This document shows, piece by piece, positions 27,816 through 38,162 of a DNA stretch of 64,000 nt. Every line of letters starts with the position of its first letter. Position 1 is the first letter of the stretch. Location of the stretch: NCBI GenBank assembly GCA_040767965.1, contig JAXGNR010000010.1:1-64000 (forward strand). Reading direction: 5' to 3'. Made by a program: the position numbers and the translations under genes. Below the pieces are notes generated by a model that was not told the DNA's origin, ran no database searches, and saw only the letters and a list, made by a program, of their open reading frames with translations. Source of the DNA: Atribacterota bacterium. Its GTDB lineage: Bacteria; Atribacterota; Phoenicimicrobiia; Phoenicimicrobiales; Stramentimicrobiaceae.

Positions 27816-28586
27816 TTATTTAAGTGATTGGGTATAAATAAGGACCGCATTTTTCAGGAATTCAGTAGCCCCAGACTGGATTTTTTCATAATATTCAGTA
27901 AATCTTTTGTCTGAGACATACATTATTACAAGACCCTCATGGGCTTCTTTATTGTAATTAGGCCAATAAAAAGAAAGCCATTGACGATGTAAATCAGCAG
28001 CTTTTTGTGCCAATGGTCCTGCAGGGTCATTAGTTGACATTGCCTCTTTTAAGGTATCCAGCAGTTTTTTTTCAGTTTCCATCATGCTTTCATGTTCTGA
28101 TTTAGTCATATTTTTTACCTTTTCGTTAGATTTTCTGACTGTTTCCTTTCCATAAAGATTACATATTTCTTCCCCGTACTTAGCCTCATTTTCTTCAATT
28201 AATTTTTTCTTAAAACCTTCAAATTTCTCCTGATTGCTCATAGTGATACCCCTTTCAATAGATACTATTGTTTTTTTAATATTCTGTAGAAGAAGATCTA
28301 ATTGTTCTTTTTGTTTTAACATTTTTTTAAAATGTTTACGTAAGGCTTTTAGTTCATCAAAATCAGGAGAATTAATTATCTCCTGAATATTTTTTAAATT
28401 TATTTTCAGTGCTCGATAAAAAAGAATCTGTTGCAATTTATTAACTTCTTTTTGTGTATAGATACGATAACCAGAAGAAGTTAGTCGATCTGGCTTCAAC
28501 AGATCAATTTCATCATAATAACGTAAAGTCCTTTTGCTGATTCCTGATAAATCTGATAATTCTTTTACAGTATACCTATCTTTCAT
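27816..28586 (-). CDS. MerR-family regulator with TipAS domain (Mta/TipA-like)
   Basis: YTVKELS..SG.S.RTLRYYDEI.LL.P HTH and MYVSD.RF..YY TipAS tail. Confidence 0.92.
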   Translation of the reverse strand: MKDRYTVKELSDLSGISKRTLRYYDEIDLLKPDRLTSSGYRIYTQKEVNKLQQILFYRALKINLKNIQEIINSPDFDELKALRKHFKKMLKQKEQLDLLLQNIKKTIVSIERGITMSNQEKFEGFKKKLIEENEAKYGEEICNLYGKETVRKSNEKVKNMTKSEHESMMETEKKLLDTLKEAMSTNDPAGPLAQKAADLHRQWLSFYWPNYNKEAHEGLVIMYVSDKRFTEYYEKIQSGATEFLKNAVLIYTQSLK

Positions 28587-28646
28587 TGCTTCTAACCTTT
28601 TAAATTAATCTATAAATTTTATGAATTAGCTTTCTTTACTGAAAAA

Positions 28647-28677
28647 AGTATAAACATTTACGTTACGTTAATGTCAA
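28647..28677 (-). promoter_or_regulatory. MerR-type promoter with 19-bp spacer and dyad operator
   Basis: Minus strand TTGACA-TTAACGTAACGTAAATGTT-TATACT; near-palindrome ACATTAACGTAACGTAAATGT. Confidence 0.85.
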
Positions 28678-28896
28678 GAGGTTTTTATTATTTCCCGGAT
28701 ATTTAATTTAATATTAAAAAATATCAAAACATTGGTTATTAAAAATCAGTTAAGCGTAATAGCGAAAAAACAGAAAAAATTATTCAACATTCAACAATAA
28801 TATAATTAAATATATAAAAAATAGAAAGGTATCTATGGAGGTAATGAAAAAATAATAAACTAAAAAAATTATTAAACTTAATAATTCAAATTAATA

Positions 28897-29379
28897 TCAA
28901 ATAATATTCTTAACAATATCCTCAGCTTCTACTTTAAATAAATTTCTAAAATCGTGAAAAAGTTTTGGAATAATTTTCCCTGGCAGGATTGTTGCTCCTT
29001 TTTCTCTGGCTTTACTGCTAATCATATTTATGGCTTGCCTTCCTCCCAATGAAGGATGAAAAAACCCCATCGTAACAAATGGCAATAGTTTTTTCCCGGA
29101 AAGGTCTTCCATCTTATCCAGGGCTGATATCACAACAGGGGAAGCCGAAAAGGCCCAGACTGGACCACCCAGTAGAATTAATTCATATTCCTTTATCTCT
29201 GGAAAGTTGGTAAATTTAAAAGGGATGCTATGGCGGACAGTGCCGCTCTTGATAACCGGATCAGTCTGCAAATGAATAAGGTGAACTGTATGTTTATTTT
29301 CTCTTAATTTGGCAGCTATATGCTCAGAAAATTCCAACGTTGTACCACTTAAAGAATGAACAATAATAATAGTATTCAT
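28897..29379 (-). CDS. Flavodoxin-like protein
   Basis: HSLSGTT FMN loop and GGPVWA. Confidence 0.8.
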   Translation of the reverse strand: MNTIIIVHSLSGTTLEFSEHIAAKLRENKHTVHLIHLQTDPVIKSGTVRHSIPFKFTNFPEIKEYELILLGGPVWAFSASPVVISALDKMEDLSGKKLLPFVTMGFFHPSLGGRQAINMISSKAREKGATILPGKIIPKLFHDFRNLFKVEAEDIVKNII

Positions 29380-29589
29380 TTTATTTAACTCCTAACTATC
29401 CTAAACTAATGAAATTATATTTTGCCGAAAACTGCCTGTCAATATAAAATTAGAAGTAAATAATTATTTACTAAGGATGTATTCATCTATTTTTGGAAAA
29501 TAATAAACTATATTTAGCTTGTTGCAATTATTAGAATAATTTTGCTATTATTTAAAAAACTTAATTCCAAAATCAGTAAGAGGCAAAAA

Positions 29590-30330
29590 ATGAACTGGAG
29601 AGTTTATAATGATCTTGCCTGGACAGAACATATTATTTCTTCTCCGGAAGAATACAAAGATGAGGCATTATATTATATTGATATTATAAAAAAATATATT
29701 AACAAAAGCAGTGCTAATATTTTGCATTTAGGTTGCGGGGCAGGAGGCCTCGACTACCATTTTAAAAACCATTTTCAGGTAACTGGAGTAGATATAAGTG
29801 AAGGAATGCTTAAAATAGCCAGAGAAACAAATCCGGAAGTGAAATATATCAGTGGAGATATGAGAACTGTTCAGCTTAAAAATAAATTTGATGCAGTGAT
29901 TATCCCGGATTCCATAATGTATATGTCTACACTGAAAGACCTGCAGAAAGTAATAAATATTGTTATTTCTCACCTTAACCATAACGGTTTTTTTCTTATA
30001 GTTACCCATCTTAAGGAAGACTTCCAGAACAATAATTTTGTTTATTCCGGAGAAAATGGTGATACACACATAACAGTGTTTGAAAATAATTATCTTGTTT
30101 CCGATACAGTATATGAGGCTGCTATGGTTTTTTTAATCCGACAAAATGGTAAACTGAATATTTATCATGAAGTTCATATTCTGGGAGTGTTTTATGCTAA
30201 AGACTGGCAGAAAATATTTAAAGACAGCAATTTAAAGGTTGATATAATTTCAATGGATCATCTTTATGATAAATATATCCAGGAAAATGGGCAGTACAGG
30301 TTAAAAATATTTTCAGGTATATTAAACTAA
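29590..30330 (+). CDS. Class I SAM-dependent methyltransferase
   Basis: LHLGCGAG, GVDIS..ML and GDMR; probable start at ATG 29590. Confidence 0.88.
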   Translation: MNWRVYNDLAWTEHIISSPEEYKDEALYYIDIIKKYINKSSANILHLGCGAGGLDYHFKNHFQVTGVDISEGMLKIARETNPEVKYISGDMRTVQLKNKFDAVIIPDSIMYMSTLKDLQKVINIVISHLNHNGFFLIVTHLKEDFQNNNFVYSGENGDTHITVFENNYLVSDTVYEAAMVFLIRQNGKLNIYHEVHILGVFYAKDWQKIFKDSNLKVDIISMDHLYDKYIQENGQYRLKIFSGILN

Positions 30331-30503
30331 ACTGATACTATCAAAAATAAAAATCCTTTTGTTTGGTTTTATTAAAATATTGTCAATATTCAATCATGTA
30401 GATATAATTAAGAAAAAACCCTTCTCGTTCACATTTCTTACCCGCCAAACAAGCAAGAACAAGCTCTTAATAATTATTTAAATTTTAAAAGGAGAAAAAA
30501 TTT

Positions 30504-30914
30504 ATGAAAAAGTTTATTTCTGCTAATTTAACCATCATTGTGTTGTTATTTAGTATGATCATATTATCAGGTTGTTTTTCTTTATTCCCAAAACCTGATT
30601 TAATCCTGGTAAACCCCCAGGGATTGGCTGGTTTTTGCGATTTAGATGGTTCGGGTAATTTACGGGTATATGTGAAAAATCAAGGGGATGCTTCAGCAGG
30701 CAGCTCAAATGCCAGGGTTAGTTTCGGACAATTTGGTGAGGTAATTAAGCCGGTTCCTGCTTTGGGGGTAGGAGAAACAACCACAGTTCTTTTCCCTGTT
30801 CCGGCTGGTTGTTTTAATCCTGATTGCGGGTTTGAAATTACGGTTGATGTTTATAATGATATCAATGAATCGAAAGAAAATAATAACAGCCAAACAGGTA
30901 ATTGCCTGGGCTAA
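30504..30914 (+). CDS. CARDB-domain lipoprotein
   Basis: LSGC lipobox, PDL, VKNQG and D..N.I.ES.E.NN. Confidence 0.8.
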   Translation: MKKFISANLTIIVLLFSMIILSGCFSLFPKPDLILVNPQGLAGFCDLDGSGNLRVYVKNQGDASAGSSNARVSFGQFGEVIKPVPALGVGETTTVLFPVPAGCFNPDCGFEITVDVYNDINESKENNNSQTGNCLG

Positions 30915-30973
30915 GAAAAACATCAAAAAGAAAGATCTAGGCGGTGCTGGCAATATTTTGAAAGGTAGATGAT

Positions 30974-31441
30974 ATGAGAGACAAGAGAATTGTTGCAGTT
31001 CATCGTGGAGGATTGCTGACCAAAGAACAACATCTGAAGATCATAGAATGGGCACGAAAATGTTCAGAACATGTCATTACCCTACTTGGAAATAATATTG
31101 ACAATAGGTTAATTACTGTATTAGAAATTGCTCAAGAATGGAAAGAAAACAGGGCTTCTACAGGTGATGCCAGAAAAGCCTCTGCAGATGCTCATTCTAT
31201 AGCCCGACAATCTCCTGTACCGGCCGTTAAAGCGATAGCACGTTCTATTGGGCATGCTGTGGCCACTGCTCATATGGCTGATCATTCACTTGGAGCAGCA
31301 TTGTATGCCCGAAAAGCAGTTCAATATTCTGGAAAATCAGTTGACATTGAACGCCAATGGCAAATTGAACAATTACCCTCAGAAATTAGAGAAATAATTC
31401 TGATATTGATGGAAGAAAAAGAAAAGCATTTCAAGATTTAA
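30974..31441 (+). CDS. Imm5-like putative immunity protein
   Basis: WA..C.EHV, AR..GHAVATAH..DH and ER.WQ...LP. Confidence 0.7.
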   Translation: MRDKRIVAVHRGGLLTKEQHLKIIEWARKCSEHVITLLGNNIDNRLITVLEIAQEWKENRASTGDARKASADAHSIARQSPVPAVKAIARSIGHAVATAHMADHSLGAALYARKAVQYSGKSVDIERQWQIEQLPSEIREIILILMEEKEKHFKI

Positions 31442-31589
31442 ACTAGACTGGCATTTTAAAAAAGAAGTATTTATTATATTTAATATTGATTTAAGAGTAT
31501 ATAAATTAGTTGTGGTAAAATTAGAAACAAAATAAATTTGTTTGGTTATTTTGGCAGTAAGTCTTTATTATATTAGGGAGGTTAGGATA

Positions 31590-31838
31590 ATGGAAAACAA
31601 TAACAAAAGGGAGTCTTTTTCTGTATCCGGAGAAAAAATAATTGAAAAAGTAAAAGAAATAGTCCGGGAAGGAAATGCCCGCAAGATAATTATAAAAAAT
31701 GAGAAAGATGAAACAATTGCCGAGTTTCCCCTTACTGCTGGTGCAGTAGGTGTATTATTAGCCCCTGCTCTGGCAGCATTAGGAGCGATTGCTGCTTTGG
31801 TTACAAAATGTACTGTAGTTGTAGAAAAAAAAGATTAA
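31590..31838 (+). CDS. DUF4342 family protein
   Basis: KVKE.V.EGNAR.I.IK and AP.LAALGAIAAL; GGGAGG RBS. Confidence 0.85.
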   Translation: MENNNKRESFSVSGEKIIEKVKEIVREGNARKIIIKNEKDETIAEFPLTAGAVGVLLAPALAALGAIAALVTKCTVVVEKKD

Positions 31839-31871
31839 TACTGTAAATGTATATATAAGCAAAGGTAAAAA

Positions 31872-32618
31872 ATGGATTTTAATTTTAAAGAAAAAACAGC
31901 TGTAATTACTGGAGCCTCAAACGGCATTGGCAGAAGAATAGCCCAGGAATTTAAAAAAAATGGCGCCAACATAGTTGTTATTGATAAAATGGATAATGAC
32001 CTGGAATGTGATTTATTTTATAAAGGAGATATCTCAGAAGAAGATGTGTTAAAATCATTTTCTAACCAGGTTTTAAGGAAATTTGGTAAAATTGATTATC
32101 TAATTAATAATGCCTGTCTGAGCAAGAAAGGACTCTGGTCTGATTGTAATTATGATGATTTTAATTATGTTTTGAAAGTTGGCATAACTGCACCGTATAT
32201 ATTGACTAGATTATTTATGGAACATTTTAATCCTGATGCCGCGATTGTTAATATTGCTTCAACCAGGGCGAAAATGTCTCAACCGGATACTGAAAGCTAT
32301 TCGGCTGCCAAGGGAGGCATTAGTTCTTTAACTCATGCCATGGCCATTAGTTTAGCTGGCAAAGTCAGAGTTAATTCTGTTTCACCAGGCTGGGTAAATT
32401 TGTCAGTAAATAATCAGCAATTCAGTCAGGCAGACTATGCGCAACATCCGGTAAAAAGAATAGGATCAACTTTAGATATTGCCAATCTTGTTCTCTTCTT
32501 ATGCAGTCAGGGCAGCAGTTTTATAAATGGAGAAAATATTACAGTGGATGGAGGAATGAGCAGATTAATGATTTATCATAATGATTTCGGGTGGAAATAT
32601 AACGGATGTTTTGATTAA
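31872..32618 (+). CDS. Short-chain dehydrogenase/reductase
   Basis: TGASNGIG, NNA, SQPDTESYSAAKGG and VDGGM. Confidence 0.88.
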   Translation: MDFNFKEKTAVITGASNGIGRRIAQEFKKNGANIVVIDKMDNDLECDLFYKGDISEEDVLKSFSNQVLRKFGKIDYLINNACLSKKGLWSDCNYDDFNYVLKVGITAPYILTRLFMEHFNPDAAIVNIASTRAKMSQPDTESYSAAKGGISSLTHAMAISLAGKVRVNSVSPGWVNLSVNNQQFSQADYAQHPVKRIGSTLDIANLVLFLCSQGSSFINGENITVDGGMSRLMIYHNDFGWKYNGCFD

Positions 32619-32641
32619 TAAATTAATAAGAGGAATGTTTT

Positions 32642-32860
32642 ATGAAAAAGATATTCTTATTTTTTATAATAACTTTTTTATTGATACTTATTTTATCCGG
32701 GTGTAATAATATAATTCCTCAGGATAATACAGAAGATATTGAACAGTCAGAAGAAGGACCAATTGAAACAGGTGATAACCCTGGTCCTGCCCCTAATTCG
32801 GGAGATGGTGTTTCTGATGGCTCAGGGTGGAAAGGATTGTTAGGTATTTTTAGCAGCTAG
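32642..32860 (+). CDS. Small lipoprotein with a GPAPNSGDG motif, possibly chimeric
   Basis: LSGC lipobox, acidic linker and PGPAPNSGDGVSDGSGW. Confidence 0.55.
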   Translation: MKKIFLFFIITFLLILILSGCNNIIPQDNTEDIEQSEEGPIETGDNPGPAPNSGDGVSDGSGWKGLLGIFSS

Positions 32861-33125
32861 AGGGTATCTTCCCAATCCATGCACCCAAATTGACCAAGTC
32901 ACACAAAGCAGAGAAGGAAATAATTTTTATATCACCATTAAAATAAAATCAGCTCCAAATCCATGTATACAGGTTTTAACTCCTTTTGAAGAAACTATAT
33001 CTCTTGATGTATATGGTTTGCCTGCCGGAATTTATAAGGTAAATGTCAATGGTATTGAAGATATCTTTGTCTTAGACTTAGATAATATTTTACCAGAGAC
33101 TTCCAGCAAGATTGATATGGAATAA
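32844..33125 (+). pseudogene. Startless beta-rich lipoprotein domain remnant
   Basis: 93-codon frame VFLAARGYLPNPCTQID...CIQVLTPFEETISLDVYGLPAGIYKVNVNG...LDN, preceded by TAG at 32841 and lacking a start. Confidence 0.6.
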
Positions 33126-33277
33126 CTACCTCCTGAACTGTTATAGTAAAAATTTGCAGTAACTTAAGTCTGATTAAGAAAACTATTCAAAATAACCTGC
33201 ATTAATATCCTGTATTGAAAATCTATAGTAAATATTTAATATTTTTTGAAAAACTTGCTATTTTATAAAATATCTAG

Positions 33278-33300
33278 TAATCTACTAGATTAGTAGATAA
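33278..33300. promoter_or_regulatory. Palindromic operator resembling the Rrf2 sites at 59276 and 62061
   Basis: TAATCTA-CTAGATTAG-TAGATAA, just upstream of the RBS. Confidence 0.5.
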
Positions 33301-33324
33301 CTAATATAATTTGGAGGAAATATT

Positions 33325-33807
33325 ATGAAGATCCCTACAGAATTAAAACATAAGCCCGTTATTGTTTCAGAAGAATACAATAAGATTGACGGGAGAATGG
33401 CTCATGATTCAGATGCAAAAGGATTATCTTTAGGGTTGGCACAATGGAACGACAGGGGTAATCTGGAAATATCTGCTAAAATATGGAGGCATACTGGAGA
33501 AAAATGGTCTCGACAATCAGAAGAAATGCCCTTCCATAGAGTGCTTGATCTGGCAATTCTAATCTGTAAAACAAGAAAGATTTTCCTGGAAAGATATCAC
33601 AAAAATGAAAAGGATTTTCCACATTATCCATTACTTGATAGAATTGGGCTGCAGGGTGGGGCTATGAATGTAGCAGTCTGCACTGAAAATGAGCATATTG
33701 ATACAGATATGAATTTATTTGATGATTGCCTGCATAAAGATGATGAAATAATAAGCGAAAGACTCAGTGTTCTCTATGAATTATTAAAAGAGATTAAGGA
33801 AATATAA
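33325..33807 (+). CDS. DUF6530-like conserved protein
   Basis: MKIPT.LKHKPVI, SLGLAQWNDRG and KWSRQSEE. Confidence 0.75.
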   Translation: MKIPTELKHKPVIVSEEYNKIDGRMAHDSDAKGLSLGLAQWNDRGNLEISAKIWRHTGEKWSRQSEEMPFHRVLDLAILICKTRKIFLERYHKNEKDFPHYPLLDRIGLQGGAMNVAVCTENEHIDTDMNLFDDCLHKDDEIISERLSVLYELLKEIKEI

Positions 33808-34179
33808 TATAAAAATATTTTATTGATACTATAGAGAAGTTTAAGCTTGTCCTGAAATTATTTGTATAATAGTCATAGCAATCACTAAAGCTGATTTAAA
33901 ATTATCAATTAATTCAGTATGTTAATTTTGTATTACTATCACAATAATATGAATACCTACTTATTTTGCTGATTAAGTTGTATAATATATATAAAATCAG
34001 AATTGAGCGAATTAAGTAAAATATTTTTTAATTAATGTTGATATGTTGAATACACAATAATATAAAAATAGTTCCGAAATATAAAATAGAAAGGAGCTGG
34101 ATATAGAATTTTCAAAAATTAATAATAATAGAATAATTTTTAGTATCTTTCTTTTTTGTAATTTTGGAGGTTAATAATA

Positions 34180-35163
34180 ATGAAAAAAATACCTTTTATT
34201 AATAGAAAAATAATTTTTCTTATTCCTATCCTGGTACTGTTGTTCTTGTTTTTATGTGTTTCAGTAAATGCCCAACAATTAAAATATGGGACTCTTGCTA
34301 TTAATTCTAATCCAAAAGGGGCTAAAGTTTATCTTGATAATGACTATAAAGGAGAAACACCGTTAGAGTTAAAAAATATTTCAACTGGCCAATATACTCT
34401 TAAGATGACTTTAGATGGCTATGAAGATTGGACCAGTACCGTGATTATATTGCCAGTGCTAACTGTAAGGGTTACAACTGATCTGGTTCCTAAAGAGAGA
34501 GTAGTAGAATCCGGTTCTGTCGCTGTCAATTCAAATCCTCAGGGAGCAAGAGTCTACCTTGATAATGACTATAAAGGAAATACTCCTATAAATTTAAGAG
34601 AAGTTAGACCTGGAAGACATAATATTAAAGTCACTCTTTCAGGCTACGAAGAATGGATAACTAATATTACTATTACCCCATCTAAAGTAGAAAGAATTTA
34701 TGCTGATTTAAAAGTTTTAGAAGATTATGGCTCAGTTTCTATCAATTCTAGTCCCCAGGGAGCAGATATTTATTTAAATGAAGAGTATAGAGGATTAACC
34801 CCTCTTAACCTGCAAAACATTGCAGCTGACAAATATACAGTTAAAGTGTCTTTGCCTGGATATGAGGAATGGATTGAAGATATTACAATCTCACCTGGTA
34901 AAACAGCAAGAGTATATGCTGAATTAGAATCTCGTCCTGCCTATGGTTCTATACCCATTTATTGTGAGCAAAAAGGTGCCCAGATATTTTTAAATGGAGC
35001 TTATGTAAAAGATATTGATAGCAATTCAATGGTACTGGCTAATATCAAAAGTGGGAAATATGAGATTGTCATACTTCAAGATGGATTCCGGGCTTGGATT
35101 AAAGATATAGAGGTTTTTAAAGATGAAACAACAGCAATAGATGTTATTATGACTAAAATTTAA
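34180..35163 (+). CDS. Secreted protein with four PEGA domains
   Basis: Signal peptide and repeated INS.P.GA.VYLD..Y.G.TP...G.Y...L.GYE.W units. Confidence 0.9.
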   Translation: MKKIPFINRKIIFLIPILVLLFLFLCVSVNAQQLKYGTLAINSNPKGAKVYLDNDYKGETPLELKNISTGQYTLKMTLDGYEDWTSTVIILPVLTVRVTTDLVPKERVVESGSVAVNSNPQGARVYLDNDYKGNTPINLREVRPGRHNIKVTLSGYEEWITNITITPSKVERIYADLKVLEDYGSVSINSSPQGADIYLNEEYRGLTPLNLQNIAADKYTVKVSLPGYEEWIEDITISPGKTARVYAELESRPAYGSIPIYCEQKGAQIFLNGAYVKDIDSNSMVLANIKSGKYEIVILQDGFRAWIKDIEVFKDETTAIDVIMTKI

Positions 35164-35181
35164 CTAAATAATAATGCATAT

Positions 35182-35225
35182 AACCGGGGTTGATTATTTA
35201 ATCAATTAGCCCCGGTTTTTGTTTT
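35182..35225 (+). terminator. Intrinsic terminator
   Basis: AACCGGGG...CCCCGGTT followed by a T-tract. Confidence 0.75.
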
Positions 35226-35290
35226 GATATATTTCAACCCAGCAAAAGATCCGGATTCTGTTCTATAACTGCTTGAAGGAGAATAATTGT

Positions 35291-35896
35291 ATGAATATAC
35301 AAAAGAAGAAAATGCTTTCCGGCAAGCCATATATAGCTTTTGACAAAGAATTACTTCAAGAAAGGCAATATGCCAAAGGATTAATTTATAACTTTAATTT
35401 GCTTCATCCTGAAGAAATTGAGAAAAGAAATGGAATAATAAAAAAACTGTTTGGCAAGGTAAAAGGGACTTTTTTTATAGAACCCCCATTTCGTTGTGAT
35501 TATGGGTACAATATAGAAATTGGTGATAACTTTTATTCAAATTACAATTTGATAATTTTGGATTGTGCCAGAGTAATATTTGGAGATAATGTCATGATAG
35601 GTCCTAATGTCGGCATTTATACCGCAGGACATCCATTGGATCATGAAATTAGAAATACCTTATATGAATTTGCTTTACCAATTACAATTGGTGATAATGT
35701 CTGGATTGGGGGGAATGTAGTGATAAATCCAAACATTAAAATTGGAAATAATTCAGTGATTGGCTCAGGAAGTGTAGTTACAAAGAACATTCCGGACAAT
35801 GTAATTGCTGCAGGTAATCCCTGCAGGGTGCTAAGAGAACTAACTGCAGATGACAAAATATATTATTACAAGAACATGAAATTTGATGAAATGTAA
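35291..35896 (+). CDS. Maltose/galactoside O-acetyltransferase
   Basis: EPPFRCDYGYNI, hexapeptide repeats, IGDNVWIGG and AAGNPCRV. Confidence 0.92.
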   Translation: MNIQKKKMLSGKPYIAFDKELLQERQYAKGLIYNFNLLHPEEIEKRNGIIKKLFGKVKGTFFIEPPFRCDYGYNIEIGDNFYSNYNLIILDCARVIFGDNVMIGPNVGIYTAGHPLDHEIRNTLYEFALPITIGDNVWIGGNVVINPNIKIGNNSVIGSGSVVTKNIPDNVIAAGNPCRVLRELTADDKIYYYKNMKFDEM

Positions 35897-36220
35897 ACAA
35901 TAAAATATATTTTTGTATAAATCTTTTAAATGAATTAGTTCCCTGTTTAATTAATTCTATTTTCTTATTGCTCTTCGGAAAAGATGTATTTATCATACCT
36001 TATTTTTAGACTTTTCCTTACATCTACTTGCATCTACGAGAAAAATACGTTTAGAAGAAAATAACAAAAAATATCTTTTTTCATAATATTATTGCAATTA
36101 AACAATTTATATAATAATATTTTCATTATTTTTAATTATATAAATAACTTTTTATAGTAAAGTATTATTCTATTCAGCTCAGCTGAAAACTATCTGAAAA
36201 ATAATAAAAAGGATGGCGCA

Positions 36221-36385
36221 ATGAAAAAAGAAAAGAATAAAAAGAATGTATCTCATGAAGAATTGTCTATCCCGGAGTTAAATGCAGAAGAAATAATATT
36301 GTTTGATAAAACTGATAAGCCATTTTTAATTTTATATTTATTTATATTCATTATGGGCATCATTCTGACCATAATTAGTATATAG
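36221..36385 (+). CDS. 54-aa single-TM protein (not in ORF track)
   Basis: AAAGGA RBS; MKKEKNKK...DKPFLILYLFIFIMGIILTIISI*; ends 20 nt before the symporter. Confidence 0.65.
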   Translation: MKKEKNKKNVSHEELSIPELNAEEIILFDKTDKPFLILYLFIFIMGIILTIISI

Positions 36386-36405
36386 GAAAGGCCAGGTTAA
36401 AAGTA

Positions 36406-37863
36406 ATGCCAATACAGATTATTATATTGATTGCTTATTTTATTTTAATAATATTCCTGGGAATATTAGCAATGAAAAAAGTAAAGGGTTCTGAGGATTT
36501 ACTGGTAGCTGGCAGAAACCTGGGTATGATGTATGTATCAGTTTCTATTGCTGCTGAGTACATGGGAGGTTTAGGGACTATCGGTACAGCCGAAGTAGCT
36601 TTTAATCAAGGGATGGGTGTTATCTGGTATCATATTGCATCAGCCTGTGGTTTGATTTTCTTTGGTATTGGGTTTGCTCATTATTATCGTAAATATAATG
36701 TTATTACTGTGCCAGAGTACTTGTACTTTTTATATGATATTAAAACCTGGAAGGCAGCTTCTTTTCTAAATGTTTTTGCTTATTGGATTTTTACTGTAAT
36801 TCAAATGACCGCAATGGGTTCTTTGGTAGCCAGTGTTACCGGATTTGACCTGAAATGGAGTGCTTTAATATGTGGATTGGGAATGACAGTATATCTGCTT
36901 GCAGCGGGCATGTGGTCTGTTGCTTTTACCAGTGTCGCTTTTATGATTACTATCGGTACGGGAATTCCTTTGGCTTTCTGGTGGGTAATGAAATATGAAG
37001 TTCCATTACTGGCCACCTCTGGTGGGATAACCGGCTTTGCAGGATTGGCAAATTCACTATTGGCAGCAGGTCTTGATGCAGAACATTTAATGAGCCCGTT
37101 CAGTCTGGGTGCAATGGCAATATTGGGTTATTTTCTTGGAGGAGTGTTAGGCATACCGGCTGCTCAAGCAACAATAAACTTTTCTTTTGGAGCCCGTAAC
37201 TGGAAAGTAGCACGACTGGCACCGGTATTGGCAGCTATCTTGATTTTACCTTTAAGCATCTGGACTGGATCTATGGGACTTTTTGCCAGAGCAGCTGATT
37301 TAACTGCTAATCCTAAACTAGCATTGGGAGCAACCCTAATGAACATAAATCCTATTATTGGTGGAATAGGAATAGCTGGTATTTTTGCAGCTTTGGTTTC
37401 AACAGTTGCTGGAATCTTATTTGGATGTGCGTCAATTATGGCTAAAGATGTCTGGCAAAGATGGTTACACCCCGGGACAGATGATAAGTATTTAGCCAAA
37501 TGGACCAGGTTATGGATACTTATAATAGGAGTGAGTTCAGCTTTTGGAGCCATGACATTGCCAAAAATTCTTCATCAGGCTTATTTTGTCTATTCTATAA
37601 GAAGTGCTTTAATGATTGCCGTAGCCTTTGGACTCTGGTGGAAAGCTGCACATCCTAATGCTGCTTACTGGAGTATGGTTGTCGCCTTAATAGGCGGTAC
37701 TATGTATCAATTTAATATTCCCATTAATTTTCAGTCATTTTTTCATTTACATATTGCAGTTTGGTGCGGACTCTTAAGTTTTATTACTTTTATTGTCATA
37801 AGTTTATTCTCAAAATGGACTTCCCAAACAGCCAGCGAACTTCCGCCCGCTGCACATAAATAA
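36406..37863 (+). CDS. Sodium:solute symporter (SSS family)
   Basis: About 13 transmembrane segments; AGRNLG, GTIG.AE, TVPEYL and AALVST. Confidence 0.9.
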   Translation: MPIQIIILIAYFILIIFLGILAMKKVKGSEDLLVAGRNLGMMYVSVSIAAEYMGGLGTIGTAEVAFNQGMGVIWYHIASACGLIFFGIGFAHYYRKYNVITVPEYLYFLYDIKTWKAASFLNVFAYWIFTVIQMTAMGSLVASVTGFDLKWSALICGLGMTVYLLAAGMWSVAFTSVAFMITIGTGIPLAFWWVMKYEVPLLATSGGITGFAGLANSLLAAGLDAEHLMSPFSLGAMAILGYFLGGVLGIPAAQATINFSFGARNWKVARLAPVLAAILILPLSIWTGSMGLFARAADLTANPKLALGATLMNINPIIGGIGIAGIFAALVSTVAGILFGCASIMAKDVWQRWLHPGTDDKYLAKWTRLWILIIGVSSAFGAMTLPKILHQAYFVYSIRSALMIAVAFGLWWKAAHPNAAYWSMVVALIGGTMYQFNIPINFQSFFHLHIAVWCGLLSFITFIVISLFSKWTSQTASELPPAAHK

Positions 37864-37880
37864 AAAGAAGGAGGATAAAA

Positions 37881-38063
37881 ATGTATACTTATCTTTTTCC
37901 GGCTTTTTTAAAATTAGATTTAGTTATCTGGGCTATTTTGATAATTGTTTTTGCTTTGTTTACCTTGTATATTAATAAATTACCAGCTGATGCTATCAAA
38001 AAAAGTAATGCTCAGGCTATTGAGAATAAAAAAAGATTAGGAATAAAAATTTATAAAATATAA
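37881..38063 (+). CDS. Small single-TM protein
   Basis: AAGGAGG RBS and one hydrophobic helix. Confidence 0.7.
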   Translation: MYTYLFPAFLKLDLVIWAILIIVFALFTLYINKLPADAIKKSNAQAIENKKRLGIKIYKI

Positions 38064-38162
38064 ATTAAATAAAATAGGTATTATTAGCTATTTTCTAAAA
38101 TGATCCATTAAAAGGGAAATAGAGATATAGGAAATTATTTTAAAGACAATAGTAAAGGAAAT

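Noticed and set aside
157-32843. Two in-frame TAGs at expected Gln positions (157 and 32841), suggesting TAG recoding
   Set aside because: Full-length genes here end in TAG (3267, 5048, 41186, 47038, 48168, 52215) and no long ORF needs TAG readthrough. C-to-T mutation or sequencing error is simpler.
34290-35100. Approximately 230-bp internal repeats as a DGR or CRISPR-like array
   Set aside because: These are the four coding PEGA domains; no reverse transcriptase or cas genes are present.
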